Source: a bacterium (lineage in GTDB: Bacteria > JAAXHH01). Taken from it: a stretch of 64,000 bases of DNA. The notes beneath the pieces were generated by a model. The model made no database searches, was not told the DNA's origin, and saw nothing but the letters and a program-made list of their open reading frames with translations. The DNA is taken from contig OY843748.1 in assembly GCA_963693015.1 (NCBI GenBank), positions 2,269,337 through 2,333,336 of the forward strand, read 5' to 3'. The position numbers were made by a program, and so were the translations under genes. The stretch's first letter is position 1, and each line of letters starts with the position of its first letter. Positions 1 through 9,515 of the stretch are shown piece after piece.

Positions 1-144
1 GCTCAGAAACTCGATCATATTCTCGTCAGTAGCGCGCTTAAGAAGCTGGGAGCCGGGTTCGACGTGGTCCACGTCAACTGCGAGTACCTCGACGCTCCGA
101 GCGACCACGACCCGCTGGTGGCCCGTCTGACCCTCGGGAATTGA
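1..144 (+). CDS. C-terminal fragment of endonuclease/exonuclease/phosphatase (EEP) family protein, extracellular nuclease-like (5' truncated by window)
   Basis: Frame 1 translates AQKLDHILVSSALKKLGAGFDVVHVNCEYLDAPSDHDPLVARLTLGN*; LDHIL and SDHDP are the hallmark C-terminal EEP motifs. Not in ORF track. Confidence 0.85.
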   Translation, partial: AQKLDHILVSSALKKLGAGFDVVHVNCEYLDAPSDHDPLVARLTLGN

Positions 145-479
145 TTTCTACGGCCTCGGGGCCTTGAGGTGCGCCACCGAGTTTGAGCGTTCCTCTGCCG
201 TACCCACCAGTTCCATTTATATCGATGAAGTCCTGCGGCTGTCCTGCGGCCGCGAGGAATTCACGATATATTCTCTATTATACCCCCATTATTCACACTA
301 AGGTCACTCTATTCTCTGTATATTATACATGCACCTGATGTGAATCGGCGTGCTTTGATTCCACTATCATTACCGAAGGATTTCGGGCGTATTGCGCTTC
401 GGGTGATAGATCAATTTCACAGGAGGATCAGGGGCGGGACAGTGCTCTGATTCGGAAGTCATAGATAAGGAGTTTCGTC

Positions 480-983
480 TTGTTTACTCTTTTCGGTTCA
501 TTCCGGAACGCATTGGCGTGTCTGATCACCGTAACGATCACGAGTGTCGGTTGCGGTGCGATCACGCAGGGAACCCGCCAGGACATTCCCGTACAGTCTT
601 CGCCCAACGCCGTTTCAATCGAGGTCGCCGGGCAGACGTACACTACGCCCACCACGTTGAATCTGGAACGCAAGAACGAGTACATCCTGAAGTTCTCCAA
701 AGAGGGGTACGAGTCCGCCCAGATTCATATTACCAAACACCTTAGCGGCGGCTACCTCGTGTTCGATATCCTGTTGGGATTGGTCGGGGTGATCATAGAT
801 GCCGCGACCGGCGCCTGGTACAATCTGGAACCCGAGTCGGTCATGGTATCGTTGAGCAAGATCAGCGCGGGACCCGGACCCGCCGAAATCAGGATAGCCA
901 TCGAAAATACCGCGGTCTCCAGCGAATTGGACATCGTTTCGTCCGTCCCCGACGTTCGGTTGGAGGTCATACCCTTGAAGTAA
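480..983 (+). CDS. PEGA-domain-like lipoprotein
   Basis: TTG start after AAGGAG; signal with lipobox-like SVGC; SSP..A.IEV.G...TTPTTLNL.RK...LKFSKEGYE pattern followed by hydrophobic GG..VD..TGAWY segment. Confidence 0.7.
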   Translation: MFTLFGSFRNALACLITVTITSVGCGAITQGTRQDIPVQSSPNAVSIEVAGQTYTTPTTLNLERKNEYILKFSKEGYESAQIHITKHLSGGYLVFDILLGLVGVIIDAATGAWYNLEPESVMVSLSKISAGPGPAEIRIAIENTAVSSELDIVSSVPDVRLEVIPLK

Positions 984-1058
984 GGGGATCCGGACGTTAA
1001 ACGCCGGCAGCACCCGCTGCCGGCAGAAACCACATCGAACAGGAAGGACACCGACATC

Positions 1059-2135
1059 ATGATTCAGCGATTGGGCGGCATGCTGCTGCTCGTTGCAATG
1101 CTCGCATGTGCGGGCGAACGGGGACCGACGGGACCGGCGGGTTCGAGCGGTTCGGCAGGACCGGCAGGGCCAACGGGTGCGCAGGGGCCGGCGGGTGCAC
1201 AGGGACTGCAGGGTGAGCCGGGGCAGACAGGCGCGCAGGGTCCACAGGGAGAGCCGGGACAGCCCTTGAACTGGGCGGAGGTATTGGAAAAAAAGCAACT
1301 ACCTGATGCCGTATACGCGATCGGCCTAAGGGTGCGTGGACGGAATTACGTGATAGGATCAGGATTCGTTGCCTATTTTCGAAATGCCATCTGGACGAAT
1401 GCCCATGTCGTAAATGGACTGAATGACGCAATTGAGTCCTTGGCTTCTTTGAATCCCAGGCCGTTTGCTGTCAAATCTGGAACCTCAGTCGGCGGAACGG
1501 ATACCTACTGGTTGGATCGTTTCAATTACCATATTCACCCTGAATACGACGGTACTACCTCGTCACCGGACGTAGCGGCATTCGTTATCGATGCGAGTTT
1601 TGAGACCGGTGCGTCTTTGCTGCCACGTGATCGTGTAATGAACCTTCGCACTGGGCAGCCGATTGGCACTATAGGTTTTCCCCATGAAATTGAAGATCCC
1701 TTTGCGACAGTTCCCATAGCTACCTTCAAAGAGGGTACAATAAGTGCTTTGCGACCTTTCATGGATGAGATACCTAACCCAGGCAACAGTCGATTTGTAC
1801 AGCACAACTTAGATTTGTCGGGCGGCACGAGTGGCAGCCTCATCTTCGATCACGAAGGATTCGTAATTGCAGTAAACAACGCTGGTACTGAACGCCTCGT
1901 TTTCGATCAGAACACGGGCAGGCCACAGCGCATACCGTCCGGTAACATTGGATTTGGCATCCGTGTAGATGAGGTATGGCGTCTTGTCGAGTTGACAAGA
2001 GTGAGTACGAGGGTAACCGGAATTGCAGGAAGACGCGCAAGTATTTCGTTGGAACCGTTTACTATGACAGACTACCCGCACGCCGCCTACCAACCCTTCC
2101 CCGAGAACTGGAACGGCGAGACCATATTGCCGTAA
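1059..2135 (+). CDS. Lipoprotein with collagen-like Gly-X-Y stalk fused to trypsin-like (S1) serine protease
   Basis: Lipobox MLAC; 17 consecutive GXY triplets (GER GPT GPA ... GQP); catalytic triad motifs TNAHVV, PDVAAF, GGTSGS. Confidence 0.85.
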   Translation: MIQRLGGMLLLVAMLACAGERGPTGPAGSSGSAGPAGPTGAQGPAGAQGLQGEPGQTGAQGPQGEPGQPLNWAEVLEKKQLPDAVYAIGLRVRGRNYVIGSGFVAYFRNAIWTNAHVVNGLNDAIESLASLNPRPFAVKSGTSVGGTDTYWLDRFNYHIHPEYDGTTSSPDVAAFVIDASFETGASLLPRDRVMNLRTGQPIGTIGFPHEIEDPFATVPIATFKEGTISALRPFMDEIPNPGNSRFVQHNLDLSGGTSGSLIFDHEGFVIAVNNAGTERLVFDQNTGRPQRIPSGNIGFGIRVDEVWRLVELTRVSTRVTGIAGRRASISLEPFTMTDYPHAAYQPFPENWNGETILP

Positions 2136-2159
2136 CACTGCGGCAGTGTCGTGGAAGTC

Positions 2160-2220
2160 AAAACCCCGTTGGCGCGTAACGACCTTTCTTTCCTGAGGCC
2201 GGACGCCAACGGGGTTTTTT
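2160..2220 (+). terminator. Probable intrinsic terminator / long-loop hairpin
   Basis: Perfect 15-bp inverted repeat aaaaccccgttggcg (2160-2174) / cgccaacggggtttt (2204-2218) followed by T run; loop unusually long (about 29 nt). Confidence 0.55.
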
Positions 2221-2559
2221 CATTGGAAGCAAACGGTACGGACCGCCGGACTGCCGCGCGGCGTCCTCTACTACCTGCGAGGAGCCAAAGCCGGATATAG
2301 GAACACGAGGGAAATCCTACCTGCATTTCAAATTGCTTCTGGCGCGGTTCATCCCTTCCTGTAGATGCCTCCCCTCGCCGATTCAGCCTGAGCCAGAATC
2401 ACCAACTTTTGTTTATTGTTTACGAGGTTTTCAGATTTCCTCCGACCGAAGTTCAATGAGAGACGGAATCGACATGGGTGTATTCCGGATTTCCGGATCC
2501 GGATCAAATCTGCGAAGTACGCCGGACGGAAATTGATCAAACCCAGGAAAGGATAGATC

Positions 2560-2814
2560 GTGCAACCTGACTCATGGTATAATAGTCCGGTAATTGCGGC
2601 TATCGCTGGTGCCGTAGTCAGTGTCTTTCTGGGACTGGTGACCGGTTTATTGATCTTCTTCGGAACATCGATTGTTCACCGGTTGGATGACATAGATGCC
2701 AGACTCCGCACTGTCGAACAGGACGTTGCTGTCATTAAAGGCCGCTTGAAGATCAACAACACGATTTCAGCAGGTAAGGAGAAGTCATGTGGGAAAACCC
2801 GGTCACATATGTAG
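2560..2814 (+). CDS. Small membrane protein, N-terminal TM + coiled coil
   Basis: GTG start with GGAAAGGA RBS; hydrophobic VIAAIAGAVVSVFLGLVTGLLIFFG then heptad RLDDIDARLRTVEQDVAVIKGRL. Confidence 0.65.
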   Translation: MQPDSWYNSPVIAAIAGAVVSVFLGLVTGLLIFFGTSIVHRLDDIDARLRTVEQDVAVIKGRLKINNTISAGKEKSCGKTRSHM

Positions 2815-2978
2815 TAACTTTGGGCGCGATGGGAAGTCTTTTCAGCATCGGGATTTGGGTCGCCAGAATGAATGCATTCAAATCTTCGGTGGAACAGTCG
2901 CTCGTGGAGATCAAGGAATCGATCAAGGATATACAGGACACCATCAGGAAGATCCTGATCCGGCTTCCTTCTGACTGA
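2787..2978 (+). CDS. Small membrane protein, N-terminal TM + coiled coil
   Basis: AAGGAG RBS; TM VTYVVTLGAMGSLFSIGIWVA then heptad VEQSLVEIKESIKDIQDTIRKIL. Confidence 0.7.
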   Translation: MWENPVTYVVTLGAMGSLFSIGIWVARMNAFKSSVEQSLVEIKESIKDIQDTIRKILIRLPSD

Positions 2979-3085
2979 TGTCCTCCCCGTTCTGGTGAGG
3001 CCGGACGCTTGGTAAGGCCAGACGCGCGGCTAAAGATCATTGCAATCAGACGGAAAATCGACTTGCATATGGCCGACAGGTAAAC

Positions 3086-3520
3086 TTGCAAAAGGTGGAT
3101 AATATGGGCGAAATCGTCGCTGACATCGAGTTGGAGAACGCGGGAGACCACGAGCTGGTCAAGACGGGGCATCTTCGGGAGGGCGACGTCAGGCGGGCCA
3201 CCGTCAAGGCCATCGCGGATACGGGCGCCATGATGCTGACGCTCCCCAGAGACGTGGTCGAGCAGCTCGGTATCGACGTGGTGCGCAAGGCGTGGTTTGC
3301 CCTGGCCAGCGGAGCGCGGATCGAGATGCCGATAGCCGGTCCCCTCATCGTCCGCATAGGAGACCGCTGGATGTTCACCAGTTGCGTCGTCGCGCCGGCG
3401 GGCGCCGACGCGCTGATCGGGCAAATCGTCATGGAGGAACTGGATCTCATCCCGGACCCCGCGCGCCAGACGATCGGGCCACGGCCCGAGTTCCCGGACC
3501 TGCCGGGTTTGAGATTATGA
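3086..3520 (+). CDS. Clan AA (retropepsin-like) aspartic protease, AF_0612-like
   Basis: AIADTGAMMLTLP catalytic motif, C-terminal ALIGQIVMEELDLIPDP; start may be the ATG at about 3104. Confidence 0.8.
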   Translation: MQKVDNMGEIVADIELENAGDHELVKTGHLREGDVRRATVKAIADTGAMMLTLPRDVVEQLGIDVVRKAWFALASGARIEMPIAGPLIVRIGDRWMFTSCVVAPAGADALIGQIVMEELDLIPDPARQTIGPRPEFPDLPGLRL

Positions 3521-3659
3521 TCGTCATGGTCCGACCGCGTTCCCCACACTATTCCGGCGCCACGCCAACGCCGCGAATGATCAACTTCGGATCGTGATCA
3601 GGCGTGAACATCAATATCGCAGTACCACCTGAATAACGTGTCGGGAAGGGAGCAGGGAC

Positions 3660-3866
3660 TTGGCTAAGAACAGTTGGATGAGTGTAGTAATCAAAGGCGC
3701 TTTGATTACGGGCGGAATTGCGCTGTACATTTTCGTGGAATCCGGTACACGCGATCAATTGTCGAGAATGGAAGATAAGATCGACCGCGTAGAGACCAAG
3801 ATCGACGAAGTAAGCGGATACTTCAAGTATAAGGCCAACACTCCTCGCCAAGACAGTCCTCATTGA
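3660..3866 (+). CDS. Small membrane protein, N-terminal TM + coiled coil
   Basis: TTG start after GGGAG; TM VVIKGALITGGIALYIFV then LSRMEDKIDRVETKIDEV heptads. Confidence 0.6.
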   Translation: MAKNSWMSVVIKGALITGGIALYIFVESGTRDQLSRMEDKIDRVETKIDEVSGYFKYKANTPRQDSPH

Positions 3867-4019
3867 CGGGAATTGCAGATCGATTCCGATCATTGATAAG
3901 GTCTGGTATGGCTGGAGAAATCCCAGCGTGCTTACCAATGTGACCAAACAGCGACCGTCCACCGGCTGATATGAAAAAGTAGAGACGGCGGTCGCGCAGC
4001 GGGACCAACCTGACAACCA

Positions 4020-5354
4020 CTACCCGGGCGTCTCGGCGCCGCTTCCCGACAACCGGTGGGTCGCGTACATCAGGCCGCTCAGCAGGACCAGGACCAGGCC
4101 GGCGCCGACGAGCAGCGCGTATTCGTCCAGCAGCAGGACCAGGTACAGGACGGTGTAGAGCGCCGCAAGCACGACGGCTACGTACGCCGTGCTTCGGCCC
4201 GACCTGGAAGCGGTCGCCACGTAGGCGCCGTTCATCAGCGTGATCAGCGCGGCCGCGATGAGATAGCCCCATCCGAAGCCGATGTGTTCGGCCAGCGACA
4301 GGAGCGTGAGGAAGAAGACGACCAGGCCGATGCCCACCACGCCGAACTGCACGACGTGGAAGCGGACGCCCGTGACCAGCTCGATGCAGACCACGCTGAT
4401 CATGGTGAAGACGATGAACAGGATCCCGTATTGCAGGCTGCGGGTCACGGAGCGATAGATGTCATCGGCTTTGAACACGCTGAAGCCGACCCCTTTCTTG
4501 TACTCCGGCGCGCCGATCGCCCGCAGGTGGTCCATCACGGCGTTCCGTCCCCGCCCGTACGCGTCCAGGACCTGCGAATAGCCTCTCGCGAGTTTGCCCG
4601 TGGTCCACGTGGCCGTGAAACCGTCGCCGTCGACGGTCCGTTCGTCGGGCAGGATGCGTCCGTCGAAGCTCGGATGGGGCCACGTCGACGTCATGGTGAT
4701 CCGGGTCTCGTCTCCCACGGGTTCGACGCCGAACCGTTCGGTCCCCCGAAACGTCAGCGCGAGTTGGAACGTGCGGTCCCAGGCGGCCCCGTCGAAGCGC
4801 ACCGGCGCCTGCACCCCTTCGCCGATCGTACCGAAACCGGTGCCGGCCTGCAGTTCCGCCGGCGTGTCGCCGAGTCTGAGCGATCCTTCCTGTATGCCCC
4901 GCGTATCGGATACGCCCACGAGCACCGTCATGCGGTCGAGGATGAGTTCGCCGTACTGGGCCTCGAGTTCCTGGACGTCGAGATCGGGGAATGCGCCGCT
5001 GGCGTTCAGCGACGCCGTGAAGACCGGCACGTCGAAGATCCCCCTGGAGCGGATTTCGTACGTGCTGTTCAGTTCCGCGTCCAGGTCTTCGGGCAGGACG
5101 AAGACGTGCGGTTCGCCCTCTATGAAACTCTCTCCTTCGTCCTCGTTCGGCAGCCGGTAGGGAATGGCCAGGACCGGGCCCACGACGGTCTGCGGCCCGG
5201 ACCATGCGTGACTCACGTTCCGGAGCGCTTCGTCCCGGTAGCCGCTGCGGTCCGTAACCACGTAGATGAGCAGTCCCCACGGAATCATCAGGCCGACGAT
5301 CAGGATGATCGCGATCAGGAATCGAATGGTTGTCGACGAGGTGTTGATCTGCAT
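4020..5354 (-). CDS. creD: Inner membrane protein CreD
   Basis: N-terminal TM, WSGPQTVVGPVLAIPY, WPHPSFDG, YRSVTRSLQYGILFI, multi-TM C-terminus with LLLSLAEHIGF. Confidence 0.9.
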   Translation of the reverse strand: MQINTSSTTIRFLIAIILIVGLMIPWGLLIYVVTDRSGYRDEALRNVSHAWSGPQTVVGPVLAIPYRLPNEDEGESFIEGEPHVFVLPEDLDAELNSTYEIRSRGIFDVPVFTASLNASGAFPDLDVQELEAQYGELILDRMTVLVGVSDTRGIQEGSLRLGDTPAELQAGTGFGTIGEGVQAPVRFDGAAWDRTFQLALTFRGTERFGVEPVGDETRITMTSTWPHPSFDGRILPDERTVDGDGFTATWTTGKLARGYSQVLDAYGRGRNAVMDHLRAIGAPEYKKGVGFSVFKADDIYRSVTRSLQYGILFIVFTMISVVCIELVTGVRFHVVQFGVVGIGLVVFFLTLLSLAEHIGFGWGYLIAAALITLMNGAYVATASRSGRSTAYVAVVLAALYTVLYLVLLLDEYALLVGAGLVLVLLSGLMYATHRLSGSGAETPG

Positions 5355-5662
5355 GGTATCGCGTTCCTTTACGGCGAGGTTCCGGTCTACAGCAGCGGCG
5401 TCTTCATCATTCGATTAGACGACGGACCAGGGGAGATCGTTCCTGAATATGGGTCCATCTCCGTTCTGGCGTGTTTTGATATGCGCACCGTAACATGTTT
5501 TGATATGTTTACCATAAAAGCCGTTCATGGCAACTGTAATAAAAGACGGCGGTGGCTCGCGGTACTTCCTACATCCAACCTTGACGACTTCAATCGAATT
5601 TTGCTTCTTCGAATGAAGGCGGTTAACGTGTCGATCATAAGATGGAAGGCTGGGGACTGCGC

Positions 5663-6001
5663 ATGGCAACGAAAACACTGGATCAACATATTGAGATTAC
5701 TCAGGGTATGTCAGGGGGCAAGCCTCGTATTGCCGGCCATCGAATTACGGTGGAGAACATCGCCGTCTGGCACGAACATCTGGGCAGGAGTGTGGATGAT
5801 ATCGCCACGGAGCATGGGTTGACGCTGGTGGACGTATATGCGGCATTGGCATACTATTTCGATCACCGTACCGAGATTGATCAATCGCTGGAAGAAAGCA
5901 AGACCTTTTTAAAAACTGCGCGTCAACGCTCCTTTTCCAAGGTATCCGAGAAGATTCGAGAATCAGAGCAACGTGGCGAAGATCAAGTACTACACGGATG
6001 A
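5663..6001 (+). CDS. DUF433 family antitoxin
   Basis: GGKPRIAGHRITVENI...LTLVDVYAALAYYFDH motif; ATG at 5663 preferred. Confidence 0.85.
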   Translation: MATKTLDQHIEITQGMSGGKPRIAGHRITVENIAVWHEHLGRSVDDIATEHGLTLVDVYAALAYYFDHRTEIDQSLEESKTFLKTARQRSFSKVSEKIRESEQRGEDQVLHG

Positions 6002-6302
6002 ACATGTATCGAACGCCGTGGTGATGGGGCTTCGTAGAAGGGGCGTGAACGTGCTGACGGTGCCGGAAGCGGGGACACTGGGTGCCTCTGACGAAGAACA
6101 TCTGAAGAGAGCCAGAGAAGAAGGTCGCGTCATATTCACACAGGATGATGATTTTCTACGTTTGGCTGCAGCGGGTTCGGATCATGCCGGGATCGTCTAC
6201 ACGAGTCAGGAAAACACGATAGGTGAGATCATCGCCGGCTTGATGTTGGTCCACAGGGTATTGGATGACGAAGAAATGCGGGGTCACGTAGAATATTTGT
6301 GA
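5973..6302 (+). CDS. DUF5615 PIN-like toxin (VapC45-like)
   Basis: YYTDEHV...GLRRRGVNV, GASDEEHL..A..EGRVIFTQDDDF; overlaps DUF433 gene. Confidence 0.85.
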   Translation: MAKIKYYTDEHVSNAVVMGLRRRGVNVLTVPEAGTLGASDEEHLKRAREEGRVIFTQDDDFLRLAAAGSDHAGIVYTSQENTIGEIIAGLMLVHRVLDDEEMRGHVEYL

Positions 6303-6358
6303 TGAAGTTGGCGGGTTTTTAAACCAAGACACGACGCGAAGAAGCAATCCGAGGCGGG

Positions 6359-7678
6359 CTAAATATACCGTACCCAACTTCCGGGCCGTCTGGCCTTGAA
6401 GCGGCGGAACCACAGGCACAGCGGATAGAGCAGGATCAGTACGCCCAGGGCGGCCGGGTAGGCGGCGCCCAGGCCTTGATTCATGAACATGCCCAGGGCG
6501 AATGCGGCGATCATCAGAACGGGCATGTGAATCAGGTAGAAGAAAAACGCGGTCTGGCCGAATACGAGCAGGGGATTCCAGGTGCGTGCCGGACCCTTCA
6601 TCGTCCGCTGGTACCGAAAGAAACCGGCCAGGATCACGGCCATCAGGCCCAGCTCCAGCAAGGCGAAGGTCAGGCTGGGCGGGTACTTGTTGACGAACAG
6701 CCATTGCACCAGCGAGAAGTCCTCCCGCAGCAGCAGCATGTTCCCATAGCCATTCCAGGCGCGAAACAGCACGAACAGGCCCAGGGCGAGCATGCCCGTG
6801 ACGGCCAGCAGGCGTTCGGTCGACATCGGCGATCGGGTTGCGTCGGCGGCCGCTGCGTCCGTGGGCGCCGAGGCGGCGGGCACTACCGCGGTCATGCGTT
6901 GCAGCAGGAATCGACCCAGCAGCCAGCCCAGGATCATCATCCCCAGCCACGGCACGAAAGGATACTGTACCCACAGGGGTACGGGACCGATCTTGACCAG
7001 CAGCCCCGGATGAAAGAACGGGGTGAAGACGCTCATCCAGCCCAGATTGCGGATCTGGGCGCTCACCTCGTCCATCGCCTCCTGATCGAATTCCCCGCTC
7101 GGGACCGGCAAATTCGTTGCCTCGCGAATCACGTCGGCCGTAACGCCTCCAAGATGCATGACGCCCCAGAACACGGCTTCGTATAAGAACAGGATCGAAA
7201 GCGCGGTGATCAGCAGCGTGCGGGTGGTCAGTCGCCGCAGGGGGATCATGCAGATCAGGCCCATGGCGATGGCGAACAGTACCTGGAGACTGAACGGCGC
7301 CCACCACAGCAGTTCAAAGGCCAGGATGACAAGGGCCCGCTTGAACAGGTGCCAGTCCAGGTCGCGGTCCCGGGCGCCCACGAGACGGCGCCGCTCGAAG
7401 CTCAGGGCCAGCGCGGTTCCGGCCAGAAAGACGAAGGTCGGCGCGCACAGGTGGGTAATCCAGCGGGTAAAGAACTGGGCGGCCGGCAGTTCGGACCCGG
7501 CCTGGTGCATGAACCACGCATCGCCGCCGAGCCGGCCGCCGTTAAACGCAAGGCTGGCGTGGTCGATGGCCATCAGGACCATGACGAGGCCGCGCATCCA
7601 GTCGATGGCCGCCAGGCGGTTGGGGTCCGCGGTCAGCGGCATACCGGGATTACCGGCCTTGTCGACGCCAGTAGCCAC
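6359..7678 (-). CDS. DUF1624 / heparan-alpha-glucosaminide N-acetyltransferase-like membrane protein
   Basis: RLAAIDWMRGLVMVLMAIDH, TRWITHLCAPTFVFLAG, KYPPSL motifs; start could be ATG 7642. Confidence 0.8.
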   Translation of the reverse strand: MATGVDKAGNPGMPLTADPNRLAAIDWMRGLVMVLMAIDHASLAFNGGRLGGDAWFMHQAGSELPAAQFFTRWITHLCAPTFVFLAGTALALSFERRRLVGARDRDLDWHLFKRALVILAFELLWWAPFSLQVLFAIAMGLICMIPLRRLTTRTLLITALSILFLYEAVFWGVMHLGGVTADVIREATNLPVPSGEFDQEAMDEVSAQIRNLGWMSVFTPFFHPGLLVKIGPVPLWVQYPFVPWLGMMILGWLLGRFLLQRMTAVVPAASAPTDAAAADATRSPMSTERLLAVTGMLALGLFVLFRAWNGYGNMLLLREDFSLVQWLFVNKYPPSLTFALLELGLMAVILAGFFRYQRTMKGPARTWNPLLVFGQTAFFFYLIHMPVLMIAAFALGMFMNQGLGAAYPAALGVLILLYPLCLWFRRFKARRPGSWVRYI

Positions 7679-7750
7679 TCAGATTGCTCCCGGACATTCA
7701 GGTTGCCCTCGGATATTCAGATTGCTCCCGGATTCAGACTGCTCCCGGAT
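7679..7750. repeat. Intergenic tandem repeat, 4 units of 17-19 bp (tcagattgctcccgga...)
   Basis: Units at 7679, 7698, 7717, 7734. Confidence 0.9.
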
Positions 7751-7802
7751 CATGGGATTGGAAGGCTTATTCGACCCGGCCGGACTCTTCCATCCAATAC
7801 GT

Positions 7803-9173
7803 CTACAGCAGGGACATGTAGGTCTTCAGTTCGTAGTCGGTGACCTGCGAACGGTAGCGTTCCCACTCTTCCCGCTTGTTTTCGATCAGCTTGTCGAAGA
7901 CTTCTTCGCCGAGACACTTCACCAGCAACTCGCTGCCTTCCGCCAGCTTGATCGCCTCGTTCAGGTCCCTGGGCAGGGACTGTATGCCCAGTTTCCGCCG
8001 TTCTTCGTGGGACATGCCGTACAGGTCGACTTCCGCGGGGGGACCGAGTTCGTACCCGTTCTCGATGCCGGCGAGGCCCGCCGAGAGGATGACGGCGAAG
8101 GCCAGGTAGGGGTTGCAGGAAGGATCGGGGGCGCGGTACTCCACGCGCATGGCTTCGTGCTTGGCGGGGTTGTAGGTGGGCAGCCGGATCATGTCCGCCC
8201 GGTTGCGCAGCGCCCAGGAAACGAAGAGCGGCGCCTCGTAGCCGGCGATCAGCCGCTTGTACGAGTTCACCCACTGGTTCGTGACCAGCATGGTCTCGGG
8301 GGCGTGGCGCATCAGCCCCGCGATGAAGGCCCGGCCCGTTTCCGACAGGTGGTATTCCCTGTCCTCGTCGAAAAAGGCGTTCGTGTCGCCGCGGAAGAGC
8401 GAAAGATGCAGGTGCATCCCGCTGCCGTTGTGGCCGGCGTGGGGCTTGGGCATGAAGGTGGCGTACACGTTGTGCCGGAGGGCGACCTCCTTCACCACGA
8501 GGCGGTAGGTCATGGTGTAGTCCGCCATGGTCATGGCGTCGGTGTACCGCAGGGAGATCTCGCTCTGGCTGGGGCCGCCCTCGTGGTGGCTGAACTCGAC
8601 GCCGATGCCGATCTCTTCGAGGGCCATCACGGTGTCGCGCCTCAGATCCGTGGCCCAGTCCAGGGGCGTGAGGTCGAAGTAGCCGCCCTGGTCGAGGGGC
8701 TGGGGCGGACCTTCGCTGGACTTGAGGTAGTAGTATTCCAGTTCGGGCTGGACGTAGAAGGTGAACCCGTGCTCTGCCGCGCGCTGGAGGCTCCTTCGGA
8801 GGATCTGGCGCGGGTCGCCTTCGTAGGGCCGGGCGCCGTCGGGGTCCAGGATATCGCAGAACATGCTGCCCACGGCGCGCTGGCGGGCGTCCGGCCGCCA
8901 CGGCAGGACCTGGAACGTGCTGGGATCCGGCATGGCGATCATGTCCTGCTCGCTGTGCCGGATGTATCCCTCGATGGACGAGCCGTCGAAGACCTCGCCG
9001 TCCTTCAGGGCGTCCTCCAGTTCCTCCACCGTGATGGAGAAGCTCTTCAGGAAGCCCAGTATATCCGTGAACCACAACTGGATGATCTTGACGTTGTGTT
9101 CCTGGGCCGTGTGGAGGACGTAATCCTTCGGCTGGAGAACGTATTCCTTCGCCGCATCCGATGGGTCGTTCAT
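7803..9173 (-). CDS. glnA: Glutamine synthetase type I family protein
   Basis: FDGSSIEG, SHHEG, FMPKP...GSGMHLHLS, RVEYRAPDPSCNPYLAFA; gamma-glutamyl-amine ligase specificity cannot be excluded. Confidence 0.85.
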   Translation of the reverse strand: MNDPSDAAKEYVLQPKDYVLHTAQEHNVKIIQLWFTDILGFLKSFSITVEELEDALKDGEVFDGSSIEGYIRHSEQDMIAMPDPSTFQVLPWRPDARQRAVGSMFCDILDPDGARPYEGDPRQILRRSLQRAAEHGFTFYVQPELEYYYLKSSEGPPQPLDQGGYFDLTPLDWATDLRRDTVMALEEIGIGVEFSHHEGGPSQSEISLRYTDAMTMADYTMTYRLVVKEVALRHNVYATFMPKPHAGHNGSGMHLHLSLFRGDTNAFFDEDREYHLSETGRAFIAGLMRHAPETMLVTNQWVNSYKRLIAGYEAPLFVSWALRNRADMIRLPTYNPAKHEAMRVEYRAPDPSCNPYLAFAVILSAGLAGIENGYELGPPAEVDLYGMSHEERRKLGIQSLPRDLNEAIKLAEGSELLVKCLGEEVFDKLIENKREEWERYRSQVTDYELKTYMSLL

Positions 9174-9201
9174 GCCTCACCTGTCCTGGATTCCAGACTG
9201 G

Positions 9202-9312
9202 CTACTTGGACGGCTTCACCTTTCTCTTTCGCTTCATCTCGCGGACCGCGGCCTTGCGCCTCTGCTCCTTGCGGAACCGCTGTCTGCGGAGTTCCTTCTG
9301 CCGTTCGCGCAT
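9202..9312 (-). CDS. Small very basic protein (36 aa, MRERQKELRRQRFRKEQRRKAAVREMKRKRKVKPSK)
   Basis: ATG at 9312 with GGGAG RBS 5 nt upstream; directly upstream of and co-oriented with glnA. Confidence 0.55.
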   Translation of the reverse strand: MRERQKELRRQRFRKEQRRKAAVREMKRKRKVKPSK

Positions 9313-9515
9313 ACACACTCCCTGTTGCGTGTCCCGGGCGGACGTCCGGGACGGTTTAGCAGGACTCCCGCCGTTCCGGATCACAGTGTTCGACGGCGAG
9401 TATTTCCAGCTCGAATTCCAACAGATTGTCATTGATTGCAGCTTCAAGGACGATTATACAATCTAAACCGGGCCGCCCGTGGGGGCAATTGGTTTCTCGA
9501 TGGCACAACCCACCG

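Noticed and set aside
145-270. Minus-strand YREFLAAAG fragment resembling the formylglycine-generating enzyme family
   Set aside because: Upstream in-frame stops, very short, no other motifs
2130-3030. Integron attC sites around the small genes
   Set aside because: No RYYYAAC/GTTRRRY cores framing the palindromes and no integron integrase
4056-5822. Long antisense ORFs (e.g. 4056-5822, 7158-9359, 12665-14122, 19135-20607, 21976-23451, 23036-24955, 24995-26587, 29924-31537, 51884-53206)
   Set aside because: Shadow frames opposite well-supported genes, expected at high GC3; no recognisable motifs
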